A stretch of 64,000 nt of DNA from Lama glama (taxonomy: Eukaryota), in the NCBI GenBank assembly GCA_028534125.1, contig CM052816.1:66404001-66468000 (forward strand), in the 5' to 3' direction. The notes beneath the pieces were generated by a model. It did no database searches, was not told the DNA's origin, and was given only the letters and a program-made list of their open reading frames with translations. Both the position numbers and the translations under genes were made by a program. Below, in pieces: positions 27,876 to 41,539 of the stretch (position 1 is the stretch's first letter; every line of letters starts with the position of its first letter).

Positions 27876-29292
27876 TGGAAAGACCATGTTCTAAGCTAAA
27901 ATCATTGACTAGACACCCCTCTTGGAAGCAATGATGCTGACAGACACCAGGCCCCGGCCTCATTTGGCCTCTGTGCTGACTTTCATACGTGCTCTTCTCT
28001 CACATTCTGAGATTAGTCCAACTGTGAACTTGAGAGCCTCCCAACCAGAGAATCGTCTTAATGTTGTTTGAGTAACGTCGTCAACAAGGCCGGTCTCAGC
28101 AGGTCTACGTGTTCACAAGTCCTTAAGTGAGGGGCCTCTGCCCACCCATCTCTGCTCTCAGTCCTTGGTAGCAATGTTCCTACACAACTCAGTTTAGAAT
28201 TTTACTCTCAAAATCAGACCTAGAGACTTTGTTACCACGTTCACAGAAGCAAGCCATAGAGCAAGATAGAAAAACACTTCCAATTCTCACTCTCTTATTT
28301 CCAACTGATTATAAATTTGTGAAGAATTAAACAGGAGAGATAAAATCTGAGTTTGTCTTAGCCCAGAGGTTAATTGCTTTGCAAAATTTTAAGGGGAAAA
28401 AAAAACCTCTACTGTACTTTTTTCTTACAAGAGGAGGATGGATCTTTTTACTGGCTAAAATAAAATGAAATGATTTATATCAGCACATTATTCAACCTCA
28501 GTTATCATAAAGGGTTAACAATATACCTTAAGAGTCTGGCTCAGCCTTTCACACAGGTGGTCTAAGCTGATGAGTCCAGGGAAGGTGGCCCCACCATGAA
28601 ACTCACTGCTGGAAGCTCCTTCATTCCTTTGGTTAAAAAGCTACTACCCTAGGATATTTGAGATGTTAGTCTATCAGTCATGCAGAACTTCATGTAAATT
28701 AACATTTAGCTTCTGATAAACTTGAAATATTAGGATTCCAGAATCTGAGAGGTCGCTTTCACCAACAGTGCTCTTCTGAGAAATAGTCCAGGAGATCAGA
28801 TGGATTCTCTACTCAGTTGCCCAGTTTGTAAGCTAAGTAGGGGCTGGGAGAGGATTCACAACACTTGTCACCTGCCTCCCTTCCCAGAATGGGGAAAGAC
28901 TCTTGCTCCAGTGAGCCTGATTCAAGTAGGACCTACTTTCCATCCTGTGGACTTGCTGTTGCCATATTGTGTATGACAGCTGGGTATAAAAGGCATGGGT
29001 TCAAGCTTTCATTACTCATTCTCATTCAGATACTACTGAAAAACAAAAACTTCCTTCTGGTTCAGCCTCTATTTGCCAAAACTTGCACTCTTTGCTCTGA
29101 GCCTCAGACCTAGCTTCTAGGAAAGCCACCTGTCAGAAGATCTCTTTCTTTCATCTACCAGTATATGGGAGTTGCTGCTTGCTGCTCTTATTAAAGCTGG
29201 CAGTACCTCTCCAGAAAATGTGCCCTTTCAGATATGTGTCAACAGTGCTATAATCTTCTACTAATGTTATTAATAATTTATTTGAGCTCTAC

Positions 29293-29787
29293 AGCAGTTG
29301 TACTCAAAATATGGGTTGGGGGCCCCCAAACCCTTTCAGAAGGTCTCTGAGGTCAAAATTATTTTAAAATAATACTATGCTGTTATTTGCCTTTTTCATT
29401 CTCTCACAGTGTACAGCAGAGCTTTCCAGAAGTTACAGGTTACACGACATGTGATACAGCAACAGACTGCACGATAAGGCAGATAGAAGAATCCAGCTGT
29501 CCTGCATGATGCCGGACATTAAAGAGATTTGCAAAAACATAAAACCTTACCACTTTTCTCACTACTTTTTGTTTTTCAAAATGTAGTTCTTTTCATTAAA
29601 AGTGTGGAATTCATGTTTATGTGCAATGTATTGACTATTGCTATTTTACATGAATTAGTAAATTTTGTTCAGTTTTAATTTCTAACACAGTGAGTATCAA
29701 CAGATATAACCCACATACACACAAGCACTGGAGTCCTCAATAAATTTTAAGAGTACAAATGGGCCCAAAAAATACAAGAACACCATA
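29293..29787 (+). mobile_element. hAT-Charlie DNA transposon derivative (Charlie4a-like)
   Basis: gaggtcaaaattattt...agaatccagctgtc...gacattaaagagatttgcaaaaa...gatataacccacata...agaacacca. Confidence 0.8.
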
Positions 29788-29965
29788 TGAGGCACATTAC
29801 ACATTACGGTACTCTTCACACCCTATAAGGCAAATATTCTTTTAAGACATAACGGTTACATAATTTGCTCAGAATCAAATTACCAGACACCAAAACTCAT
29901 TATTTCTCCTTGTGCTATCTCTCTTGCTGCTCTTATTAAAGCTAGCCTTGTGTTTGGCTTACTTG

Positions 29966-30520
29966 TGAGACTGAATATACAAATGGACAATGAGCAGACC
30001 ATATATAGAAATAAAACTTTGATCCACAACCTGCAGCAACCTGCCTGGGAAACCAACCTCCTTATCTCCAATAAACAACCCAGGACTCCAGCCTCCTGTA
30101 TCAGACTTGCAGGGAGCCAGACTGCAATCTCTAGTGGCAATTCAAGAAGCTAAATAATAAGTTCTGTAAACAACTGGACCCAAAGGGTCTGGACGTCCTT
30201 AATAACTGACAGCTTCTTCTAATTGTTGTCCCCACTTCCGACTCAGGACCAGAGAAAGTCAACTACGCACCCCAAACTAATCATAAAGGATGTACACTTC
30301 TAACTGCCCTGCCTACAACCTCCCCTGCCAACAGCATCCAATCACTCAGGACATTACCCAGAGCCTTCCCTTTTCTCCTCTAGAAAGCTTTCCCACTCCG
30401 CTGCCTGCCCTTCACTCTCTGCCAAAATACATGTGATGGTGGCTGACGCCCTTGCTCTGTCAAGCTCAGCATAAGGAGCCTTTGCTTCTCTCCTTTGATT
30501 GTTCTTCATCTATTTCCACA
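29966..30520 (+). mobile_element. ERV1 solo LTR (MER34-like), TG...CA with 4-bp TSD CTTG
   Basis: Begins tgagactg and ends atttccaca, with cttg at 29962-29965 and 30521-30524. Internal cagaccatatatagaaataaaactttgatccacaacctgcagcaacc. Confidence 0.85.
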
Positions 30521-30944
30521 CTTGTTTCTGTCATTATCCTGTGAGTCGCCAGAAGACAGGAAGCTTAAAAACCCTTGGTTCCCTTGCCTTCAGAGTCTAG
30601 CACTTTGTACGGCACAGAGCAATCACTCATAAATGTCTGGTCCTTTAGACAAAGCCATGCTGGGGTCTGTTTGACTAAAACACAGTGACAGCCCAGAGAG
30701 TTGTACCACACCCACTGGCATCACCGATTCCCACACTTCTGGGCTCCCAAGACCAAAATAATAGTAATAATTGTGAGAAAATAATTTCAATTTGAAATGG
30801 AACCAAAGGATATAAAGTGAAAAATCATATGCATGTGTCCTCAGGAAAACAAACTTAAGCACTGAGAGACCAATTTCTGGTAAATGCCTGATTCACAGAA
30901 AACCAATAATACTGGAATTTTTTTAAATGATAAAAAAAAAAAAT

Positions 30945-31315
30945 TGGTCCAGGAGCTGCCTGATAGCAACCCTGGGAAGTTCTGCTTACAGTTTCCAGAG
31001 GCATGGACAAGAAATGACCCAAGTTGGGTTGGTCTTGCAAAATAAACTAATGTGAGCTTTGTCTGTATGATGACTGATTTTGTCTGTTCAGGGGATTTTC
31101 AAAGCTGCTCTTCATTTGTGTTTTATTTTAACAGACTCTAACTGAACCCTCCCCTCTTGGCCATCTCTGCCCATAAAGACAGCTGACTCCAAAGCCTCAA
31201 AGGAGCTTGCTACAGTTTACAAGTCCTGAAGCACAACTCCTCTGTTATTCCTAAATAAACTCACCTCGAATGATGTAGAGTTTGCCTCTGTTTGCCTCTT
31301 TACTTAGGTCGATAT
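30945..31315 (+). mobile_element. LTR fragment (ERV1-like; subfamily uncertain)
   Basis: TATA-like cataaa, aataaactc poly(A) signal and an LTR-like end tttacttaggtcgata. Confidence 0.5.
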
Positions 31316-32104
31316 AATACACACATACAAATGGGTCATTGACAGAATGGCCACGTTTTTTCCCAAGAAAGAGTAAAAAAAAAAAAAAAACTAGATCTAC
31401 CAGATTACCAAAAGACTGGGAAGAAATTAATTAATACTATTATTTTAATGTTAAACGCTTCAAACTGAAATAAAAACTTAGTCTTATGAAGAAATGCATT
31501 GCCCTGCTCTTCCTCTGGGGACACATTTGTGGGGGGCTGGCGGCAGGGCGCAATGCTGGGCAGAGCAGGGCCTTCTGACCTCCTGCTCCCCTGTAGTGCC
31601 TGGCTTTCCTGAGTTCTCCGTGACTAAACCCCACCCCTCACTGGCTGTTGTTGCCAAAGTTTTCAGACCATTTGTTTTCCCTTTTCTGAGGATGCTGGAG
31701 CACTTGAGAGAGGATGAGATAGAAGACCTGGGTGCACTCGTATTTTTTCTTCTATGCAGATATTCCCCCAGATTTGAGTGAAAATTCTTCTGAAGCAAGA
31801 CATTAATGGCCAGGTATGTGTTCAAAGGGCCAACTCATTAGCAACATGTTGAGCCTCTGACAGAATTATCCAGTGAATGCCCCCTTGAAACAGTTAGGGA
31901 GGACCCTGCGGTAAGCCAAAGTAAAACAAGACAAAAGTTGTAAAATGTATCATATTATTCAAACTATCAGGGGTATGAATATATGAAGAGCAAGCCATAT
32001 ATTATCTTGATCCAGATTCTCCAAAATGTGTATTTGGGCTGTATGCCTTCTTACCTGATAACTGAAGTTTTATATAGAAAATATAAATCTGATCCTACCT
32101 TCTT

Positions 32105-32500
32105 CACTGTGCCAGATGTGTGCCTGCGCCTTTTGATCCCCTGTACCCAATTCCAACCAGCTCTGTGCCCTAGGGGGCTGACTCCTGTGAATTGCTCCAA
32201 CAGAGCTCCCTTGCTGGCAGCTCCCTGGCAGGGGGGCTTGGCCAGTGAGAGGAACAGGTGAAAGGTCAGGGGGCAGGAGGAATGACACACCTGGGGATTT
32301 CTTTCCCTGGCCCCTTCCCTGTGGAGCCAATGACTGGCAGCAGCTCTCTCCTGGTCCCTGTTCCTTTCACTCCAAGGGGTGGAATGGCTCTGGGATCTGC
32401 ACCATCCCTTACTGCTTCCCTAAACCCTGCACACGCCTTTGTAACACCATTAAACTCTCCTAAATCACCTGGCGCGTTTCTTCCGCAGACTCTGTTAATA
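32105..32500 (+). mobile_element. ERVL LTR (LTR33-like)
   Basis: gctctgtgccctagggggctgactcc...ttggccagtgagagg...ccattaaactctcc. Confidence 0.7.
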
Positions 32501-33529
32501 CTTTCACCCACTTCAATTCTTTGTAATTTTCTGTCTCCCTTGAACTTTCAGTTTATACTCCATTGTTTTGCATATGATGCTTTATAGACATTCTAGGATT
32601 GATTAAGTTGTTTTCAAAGACTATAAACTTCTTGAAGGTGGAAACTTTGCCTTCCATTTCTTTTTATACATCAATGGGTTGGGTCATGTGATTTCTGTCA
32701 ACGATGCTCACTCTTGCTTTTGCCATTACCTAGCGTGGTCGAGTTGTCACAGTGGCAACGTTCAGGGCTAGCAAAATCAGTGTTCTGAGAGCAAAGACAG
32801 GAAGGGGAAAATATTCATAACACCGAAAATAAGTACTATCTAGCTGGGAAATGCTGTGCTTTTTCCTTAAATCTGACTGAAGAAACAAATATGAAGTAAT
32901 AAAATGCTTCATTTGTACCCAGATGTAAGCTGTGTTTATATAATGTCAGAACAAGCGGTCAGTTCAGTATCACTTTAAACAACTTAATAGAGAAATAATA
33001 ATGAGTGACTTGGTGACAGACACAGCCCACATCTTAGATCAGAAGCTGCCAGTATCACTCAGCAATATCCTGAGGAAATTATATCCCAGTATTTTAATAG
33101 CAGCTCTCCATGGAACTAATGATGGATAATTGTTTTGTTACAGGGCAGGACATCACTTTTATGAGCATTTAATAAATAGGCTTATGGGTCTGCCTTCCCT
33201 GTGCAGCTGATGGCTCTATCTAAATGCACAGATGGCTCCAAAACACCAAGAAACATCTCAACAACACAGCTATGACTGCACTTGGGCAGATTAAAATTTA
33301 CCAGTGGCCGCTGAGAGGAATCCAGGTATCCAGAAGCTGTTCCACCTTGTCAATATGCCTGTATATTTCACTACCATGCCAGGACACCAAAAGGAAATTC
33401 CTCATATAAATGTCTGCCTACATTAGAGCTGGCAATTTATGACCCCAAAAGTATATGTACGGTCCCAGAAATTACGGAGTTAGGTAGGTGAGGTCAATAT
33501 TGGCAAAATGCAGGAAACTGAGAAACAAA

Positions 33530-33795
33530 AATGACTTATTTATTGAGCACTTACTATGTGTCAGAGACTATGCTAGAAACTTTATAAATAGCATTTTATT
33601 TAGTTTTTACAAAAAGTATAAGCAAAGTGTTATTATTATTATCCTCGGTTTACAGAAGGAAAACCTAAGGCACAGAGAAGTTAATTAATTGGCCCACGGT
33701 CACACAGCCATAAGCCTTAGAACTAAGATTTAAACCCAGACAGCATTGTTTTGAATTCCATTTTCAAGCACAAAAACCACTATGTGATATTGCCA
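33530..33795 (-). mobile_element. MIR SINE, near full length
   Basis: tttattgagcacttactatgtgtcag...tttacagaaggaaaacctaaggcacagagaagttaa...ggtcacacagc. Confidence 0.9.
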
Positions 33796-34659
33796 TCTTA
33801 GGGGAATTTAAATCCAAAGAAGTCTAGAAGAGGCCTAATGTCAAAAGAACACCGATGTGTTCCAGCAGATTTAACATTTTTATTGATAACTTTGTAAAGA
33901 TAACAACACAATAACAAAAGGAGCCTTCTGTGAAGTCAAATTAGACTTTCCAGCATCCATACACCAAAGCTCATGCATAGTAATAAGAAAAACCCTCTTA
34001 CTCTCACCCTGAGTTACTTTGCTCTCAATTTGGCTAAGGACAGAGAACTTGATTTACAAAGCAATACAATGGAAGTGAAAAATGAGAACGGGAGAGGAAA
34101 ACAACCAGAAACATGAAGGGGGGGGGGGTAGAGTGATATCAAAGAAAGAGAAGAAATATATAAACAGATCTAAGACTACAGAAAATATCATTTGGTGACT
34201 ACAGAGTGAAGCCATTATCCCCAATGGACTCGTACTGAGAACCCTGAGAGTCCAAGACAAGTTCACTCATCTTTCATGTTCTTAGTTTCGTGTCCTCCTA
34301 AGGGAAGTAAATAGGCAACCCACAATAGAAAGATTTTCATTAAAATATTTAGTTTGTTTAAAGTTTTGGCAATTTAAATGTTCAGTTATCTGGAACTTCA
34401 CTTGTGCAGAATTCCCATCCTCTGCTTCCAAAGGTGGTAGTCCCTTATTCAGAAGAGTTGAGTGCAGCACTCTCGGGCTAGAAGTAGGAACTACTTCTGG
34501 AACTACCAGGATAACAAGAGGACCATGAAAGATATCAGTCTGGATGAAATATATGTCATGATATATTTCTGGAAAAATATTTATTCCATAGATTGTTGGC
34601 TACTTTCTGATTTTTTTTTAATCGCAGACTTATAAAGTTCAAAGTTACTCTAAAAGCAG

Positions 34660-35055
34660 TAGAAAGAGCTATGTGAGTAGGAGAAAACTATTTAACCTCC
34701 CTGAGTCTTGGCTTCCTCACACCTTTAAAAAGAGCTATATTAATACCAATATTTCAAGGCTGTAGTAAGTATTAAAAATAAAATATGCACAGTAGCTGGT
34801 CTGGAGCAACTACTCAAAAGTGGCATTTCTAGAGAAAGTGCGTTGAGAGAAAAGGCTCCAAAGCTGCATGGCTCACACTCAAATCTGCTAACTACGCGTC
34901 ATCTACGTGACCCTGGGCAAGTTATTCACATTCTCTGCGCCTCAGTTTCCTTCTCTGGGAACTGAAGATGAGAACATCTATCTCACAGGTTTTGTGAGGA
35001 GTAGACGACTTGACACCTATAAGCACGTACAACAGTACCTGGCACATTAGGGATC
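34660..35055 (+). mobile_element. Two tandem MIR SINEs
   Basis: tttaacctccctgagtcttggcttcctca (about 34690) and gtgaccctgggcaagttattcacattctctgcgcctcagtttcc (about 34905). Confidence 0.75.
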
Positions 35056-35324
35056 GTGGAATGTCGATTCTGTTTCTGTTTTAGTGGGGTCCATGTCTTT
35101 CCTTTTCAAGATCAGATAAGTGATGCCTTGAAAGAAAGGTTAAGACATTTGCCGCAGGAATCCAGGCTCCTGCCCCAATACCCCTCTTCTCTCTCCCACT
35201 GTCCCAGCACACTTCGCCTGCACGCGCCCACTGTACATTCCTCTTTTACACCAGTTGTAACAGCTTCTCTTCAGCCATGTGTCCTTCGGTCCCTACAGAC
35301 AAGCAGGTAAACTTTCTGCAAGTA

Positions 35325-35508
35325 CCGAGATGAATGGCCATGAAGCTGATGGAAGATTAAATTTTACGCTTCTTCCAAGGGGCCCTAGCAATGTGTTCCT
35401 CTGATCTTTGCTACCTTTGCAAAAGTTAGGTATTTTTCTATCTTGTTCCTTAAAGAGGATCATCAAACTGTAAAAGCCTCAGGCCCTAATAATCTAGATC
35501 CACTCTTG
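35325..35508 (-). mobile_element. MER53-like hAT MITE
   Basis: ccatgaagctgatggaag...ttccaaggggccctagcaat...cttaaagagg...gcctcaggcccta...tagatccactcttg. Confidence 0.7.
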
Positions 35509-35679
35509 CTCAAATGGAGGGTAAAGTGGGAGAAGAGTCAGGATTTGGTAAATAAACAGTAGGCAGTAAATGCTCTCTATGAACCTATGGTAGAAGAATA
35601 TCAGAAAACATAAACTCTCACTTTTGAAAAACTGTCTTTTTGAGAGACAGAGGCAGAGAGACAGTGAGAGAAAAGCTCA

Positions 35680-36230
35680 CCCTGTTCTTCAAATAGCTGG
35701 CTCCTTATCTTCCATGTCTCAGCTCAATTATCTCATATAAACCTGCCTTGATCATCTAACGAAGGTACCCTTTCCCTCTTTTGATATTGTTTTTCATTTA
35801 TCGGATCGTTCTGATTATTTCTCCCCAGCACTAACACAATTTCTGTTTTTGGTGCTATTTACTTTCAATCCCAAATTCATTCACCATGTCTGGTACATAG
35901 TAAAAACTCAATAGATGTTGATGAAGTGAATGAATGAATAATTTCTTTTCATTTGTCAGTTCTTGGCTCAGATACAGCTGCTCTCAGGAAGCCTTCCCAG
36001 AGTCCTCAGGACCGAGTTAGGCATCTTCCCCAGGTGTCCTGTGCTCATGGTTTCTGGGCTTTCATCACAGAAGATGAATTACGACTTCTCTCATCCACCC
36101 CTCCATTTGATGGTTGGTTCCCAATGGCCAACCCTGTGCCTGCTCCACAAATGTATCCCCAGCACCCAGCACAGTGCCTGGCACGTAGTAGGCACCCAAC
36201 AAATACTTGGTTCAATTAAATCACTTGATT
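35680..36230 (+). mobile_element. Two L2 3'-end fragments
   Basis: tctggtacatagtaaaaactcaatagatgttgatgaagtgaatgaatg; cccagcacagtgcctggcacgtagtaggcacccaacaaatacttg. Confidence 0.8.
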
Positions 36231-36277
36231 GAGTACAAAAGTTTGCAAGTTGGTATACTCTTCAGAAAAGAAGAAAA

Positions 36278-36490
36278 CTAACGTTTATTGTTAGTTTTAC
36301 ACCTAGCATTGAACTAGGTATAGTATTTATTCTAGCAAATACTTAGCAGCAAGGGATAGGTGTCATTTTGTCTCGTTTCACAAAGAAGTCAATGGAGGCT
36401 CAGGGAAGTTAGGGCTTGAGGACACACAGCTAGTGAGACCAGGGTCAGTATTTGAATCCCGATGGCCAGACTCCAGGGCTCCTGTCCCTG
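36278..36490 (-). mobile_element. MIR SINE
   Basis: ggaggctcagggaagttagggcttgaggacacacagctagtgag...tttgaatcc. Confidence 0.7.
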
Positions 36491-37454
36491 ACGCTGGGTC
36501 ACCCAACCTGCCCCTGGATGGCCCACACTTAACTGAACCACAGGGTGATCTTTTCTCCCATGTTTGTTTTCCTGTCTTCCCACAGGGCTGGTAAGCCCTA
36601 CTGGGCCAGGAACAAGGGCGGTACCATCCTTTGCTTTTGTCAATGCTGTGAAGAGTGGTTTGAACACAGCGGGATGTGGGACCTGATGCTTGTGGCTGTC
36701 TGACAGAGTGAATGTTTTCATGCATCTTGACATTTCATAGACAGTACCAGCTTCCTCTCAGGAGGGAAAATAAATCTTGCCTTTCTCAATCTCTACAGAG
36801 GAGCAGATGCTAAGTTAGAAGAACTGTGATGGAGGGAAAAGAGCATACAAATGACAGCACCAGGACTGGTCTTGGCAGCTGTCACCAGCTTTGGTGGTTC
36901 TCTTAAGGAACTCGCCTGCACAGAAAATGATGGCGCCTTATTCACAGACTAGGGGGGATGAACACCATCCTCAAATCAGTGGGCAGGGTGACTAGGCTAA
37001 GTGAGCACCAAATGCAGAGATTACAGGCGGACATACGTTCCCGCAGGTACGCATCCCTGCATTCAAGTGCTTCCTTCCACACAGTCTTCTTCATATGCAA
37101 GCTTCCCGACAGCGGAGACAGGCAGCCCCCACCGCGTGCAAGAAGTGAGCCGACGGTGTTCCAGTCCCTCCTACTGTGCATTTCTATGTGTTTTAAACAC
37201 AAGACAGATGATACACAATCCACTCATGCTGGCAGATACAAGCATCAAGCAAAATAACTGATTCCTTTCTGTAACTATAAATAATTTCTTGACACAGGTA
37301 ATGAGAGAATATAGAAAGATATTGGGCAATTACATGCTGTGGAAAAAGTAGTTGCTAGAGATAAAAATAGGTAGGATTGCAGATTGGATACCCTGCAGAC
37401 ATCCAACAAATCACTTGGCCTTCCTGGCCCTCATTTATACACAATATCAAGTGC

Positions 37455-37710
37455 ATTGGCTTTGGAGTCCATGTGCTGGTTGGAATCCTGCTTCTGACCT
37501 TGGGCAATGTCCATAACCTCCTGGCTGTGACTTTGGGCAAATCCCTTTATCTTTCTGATTCTCTGTTTCCTCATCTAAAATCGGGTGAATAACACAACCT
37601 TCTTTCATGAGATTGTGGCAGAAAAATTAACTCTAAAATGCATATAAACATAAAGTGCTTACTTAAGGGTCATCACTGGGTTCAGTAAGTGATGCTCTCC
37701 TCAGTGTTAT
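37455..37710 (+). mobile_element. MIR SINE
   Basis: ggctgtgactttgggcaaatcccttta...ctgtttcctcatctaaaatcggg. Confidence 0.8.
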
Positions 37711-37894
37711 CATCAGATGAAGGCTTGGACCAGAAAATCTGAAAGATCTTTTCCTGACCCCAGTGTTCAGGGTCTTTAAATACTGAGACCCAAAAACGCA
37801 CTGAGCCTGCGGTAAGAGTGGCTGAGATCATGAACAACCGTCAGAGTGGAATCAGGGACAGAAGCTACCCCTGGGGTTCCCAGAATCTGCCTTC

Positions 37895-38427
37895 TGTATT
37901 AAGCATATCTTTTACTTCCCTATTCAGACACTTTGACATCCATGACTTTGGTGACCCTGGAGGGATGGACCCGCCTAGAGTGAGTCAATTCTCCCAGAAA
38001 GTAAACAACACACTGGAGCTCACTTTTCAAGGGCAAACCAACCGATCCCGTGCTCCCCTTCTGGGGCTCTCACGCTCTGGGCCACTAGCCCCTGCCCTCA
38101 TCAGCCCAGGGCCAGGCACCGGACAACTTAGGGAAGCCTGTCCACCCCAAGGCCAGATGAAGTTATTCAAACTAGCCAATTCCAAACCTGCTTACCCCAC
38201 CCGGCCCAGTCCTTACTGAGAAACCACCACAGAAGCTCTGGTCACAGATCCCCCTCTACCTCCTGGCCCACCCAGGGGTTCCCCTCATTCCCAGGGTGCC
38301 CACCACCCCAAGCCCATGTGTCCTTCTCTTCAAATCTGCGAGCATAACAAACTACCATTTCAATGGCAGTTACCTCCCGATCTGTTGACCTTGCCACAAA
38401 TAACAATAAAACATATATTTAAAAATG
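37895..38427 (+). mobile_element. ERVL solo LTR (MER74A-like)
   Basis: tgtattaagcat...ctttgacatc...gaccctggaggga...ttattcaaactagccaat...aataaaacatatatttaaaa. Probable 5-bp TSD ccttc / ccatc. Confidence 0.85.
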
Positions 38428-40265
38428 CCATCTTCCTCCAGGACTCAGCCGGGGAAGCATGGCTTGAACTCTCTCAGTTTGTTCATCCATCTCCTGCATC
38501 AGACTCTGATGTAGCTACTGCCTGAGTGTCTGGCTGCTGTACAGGAATCAGAATCCCCTTTGGCTGCGTGTGGACCAGTAGCACATGCTTGATGAGCAGG
38601 TGGCACTTTTGTGGAAAGGAAAAGGCACCCCTTCCAGGAGGCAAGCACAGCTCAATAAGTGGTGTTCTGGCTGGAGAGTGGCCCCACTTGACCCCTGACT
38701 GATGTCTTTGTCCAGTGCACAACATGTGCCTCTGAATGTAGCAGCCCTGACCTCTGAACACGATGGGGATGAGTTTCCTATTAACTCAGCCTGGAAAGAG
38801 CTCAGAAATGAAAAAGGGAAGAAGAGGAGGAAAAGGGAAGGAGGGAGAGGCAAGACAAACAGTGGTGAAGGTGGGGGAAAAGAGACTGCAAAAATACTAA
38901 AATGCTTGTTCTAAATCTTAAGTAATCCCCTCTGCCTACCTGTCCCCTGCCATTTTAAACCTTTAATCTCTAATTAAGCTATGGATTTTTCAAGCTAAGT
39001 CTTTCATTAGTTAAAGTCAACCTTGATTTTTGGACTTGAACAACGTAGACCCAACTGAAAAAGGAGAGCCATGTGCTTTCTTTAAGCAAAGGAAGTTGTC
39101 ATTTATTCAAGGGAACCACACTGCCCAACCTGGCTCTCTACACAGTCTAGTTTTAATAATTGCCAGCACTCCTTGCTTTGCAGATTGCTGTAGACCTCAA
39201 ACCTCTCATAGTGGTAGCCTAGCCACCGGGAGTGAACTCAGAGGTATTCTTAGCAGAGGACGTCACAGTAATTTTTCAGTCCTATCACTGGGAAGATATT
39301 CACTCTACAGAGCCCTTCCCAAGGCTAAACTACTTCTAAATTAGAAGTAAAGTAAGATAGACCCCAGTTGTGAAATATTTTTCTATAATTAAAGTGAAAA
39401 ACTATGTTAAATTTTTCTCCAATATATTCTTAATAGGATTACATAGACACACAAAATCAAAGAACCAGCTCTAATACTTGAAATCTCAAAAATTTTGAAA
39501 AATTTTGACTTGAAAATCACAAAAATGATAATAAAAGTGCAATAAGAAATGTTAACATAGTAAAGAATAGAAAGATTCATAAACATACTAAACAAAGAGT
39601 TTGTACCTAAGTACAAACAAACGATGATATTTCTCTAAACAAGCTTATTCCAAGGCAACAATGAACTTCCACAGAGAGGTGGTGTAACACATCCAGGAAG
39701 AAATGCCAATATTTCTACTAGTTGTTAAAACGCTCTCTTTGAAAGTGGACTGTTGAAAATCCAGTACTCCAGTTTGTAGTCTCATAAAACCGCTACGCAG
39801 CACATGCAAAAAGCAATTCATCAAGTGGAAAAACAGGGAAGTCTTCCCACCCAGGCGCTTCCCTCTTGACATTTCAGAAATACTACTACTTGAAATCTGG
39901 CCTCAAGTTGGATGGTTCCTATGCCTGATGGCAACACTGGCAACCAGGTATGAGAATTATCACAAATGTCCTAACACCACACTAACCTTGAGAGAGAACT
40001 TCGTGTAGGAGCAATCAGGTTGGCTCAACTACCATGAGACCTGGGCTTTAAACTCTGCTCTGGCACTAACTGTAAGGTAAGGCCAAATCACTTAACTTCT
40101 CTATGTATCTTCATCTCCTACCCTGGAAACAGTTCTATTTATGGGCAATTTAAAATATCTGTAGCCTGTCTTGGTAATAATGCATTGGACTAATCCATGA
40201 TGGTTTTCATTACTATGGAAGAACTTGGCTTCTCTTCCTCTGAAATATACAATAGGTTGTGATAT

Positions 40266-41105
40266 TGTGATAGAATGAAAAACATATATTTGGTCTTCCT
40301 CCAGGTCCCTGACACAGAGCCCCTAAAATCCCTGGAATTTCTTGAGTGATGGGGCAAAAGGAGCATCTTTTTTCAGTCGTAATAAGCCCCTTTCACCTGT
40401 ATCAGAGCTTATGCTAATGAGGTGACTCTTGGTGGGCACCTAGATGGCTTCAGAATGGGGGCTGGTTGTCAGAAGAACAAACCATGTGATCAAAAGGTGA
40501 GACCTTTCAGTCCCACCCCCTAGGGACCTCCAGAGGGGAGACAGGCTGAAGATCGAGTTCAACACCAATGGCCAATCATGCCTATGTAATCGGAGCTCCA
40601 TAAAAACCCTAAAGGATGAGGTTTGGAGAGCTTCTGGGCTGGTGAACACATCAAGGTGCTGGGGGGGATGATGACACGTCAGAGAGTACATGAAAGCTCC
40701 CCTCCCCTACAAAAATGTGCCCCATGTATCTCTTCTATCTGGCTGTTCCTAAGTTGTAACCTTTCTAATAAACTAGGAATAGTAAGTCAACTGTTTTCCT
40801 GAGTTCCGTGAGCTGTTCTAACAGCTTACCAACCCTGAAATATACGATTGCGGGACCTGCCAATGTATAGCCTGTAGGTCAGGAGTACAGATGGACCAGA
40901 TTTGTGACTGGTGTCTGAAGTGAGTGGGGAGGAAGGGGTAGGCTTGTGGACCCGAGCCCTTTCCCTGTTGGATATGTGCTAACTCCGGATAGTTAGTGTC
41001 AGAATGGAACTAAATTATAGGACACCCAGTTGGTATCTGCAGAGAAATGAAAAATTGCTGATCTGGGAATCCACCTTTGGTATCAGAAGTGTTGAGTAGA
41101 AACAG
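40266..41105 (+). mobile_element. ERVL LTR (MER21-like)
   Basis: tgtgatagaa...ttatgctaatgaggtgactc...gagcttctgggctggtgaacacatc...ggacacccagttggtatc. Confidence 0.85.
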
Positions 41106-41539
41106 AGCGTAGTATAGACTAAGATCATTGTGGGCACCTTAATGATTCATTACACATTAATATAAGTGCATAAAAATACTATAAGCTGAAACAAAACTGC
41201 TATTTGGTTATTAAAACATGAGATGGCAAACCATCAGGGCAAGATATAGTCATAAATAATTTGTTTAACTCATAAACAATAAAAGCTGTACACAACTAAA
41301 TATTTTCCAGTATACTTACATGATAGCATAAAGCAAGCGTCCCTAGAATTACTGCAGGAATGCCTAGCCTCAGGCATGCACCCTGTTACTCCTTACCATA
41401 TCTGCCCTTCCCTGCATGACTCAATTCATTGAGATGGTTAGACTCCTTCAAAACCATCCTCTTCAGCATCCCAGGATACGTTGTCTAAGATAGTCATTTT
41501 CACAAAACCAGCACCCCATTCAAGAAGACTTGTTAATTA

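Noticed and set aside
37818..38219. 133-aa ORF
   Set aside because: Lies mostly within the MER74-like LTR.
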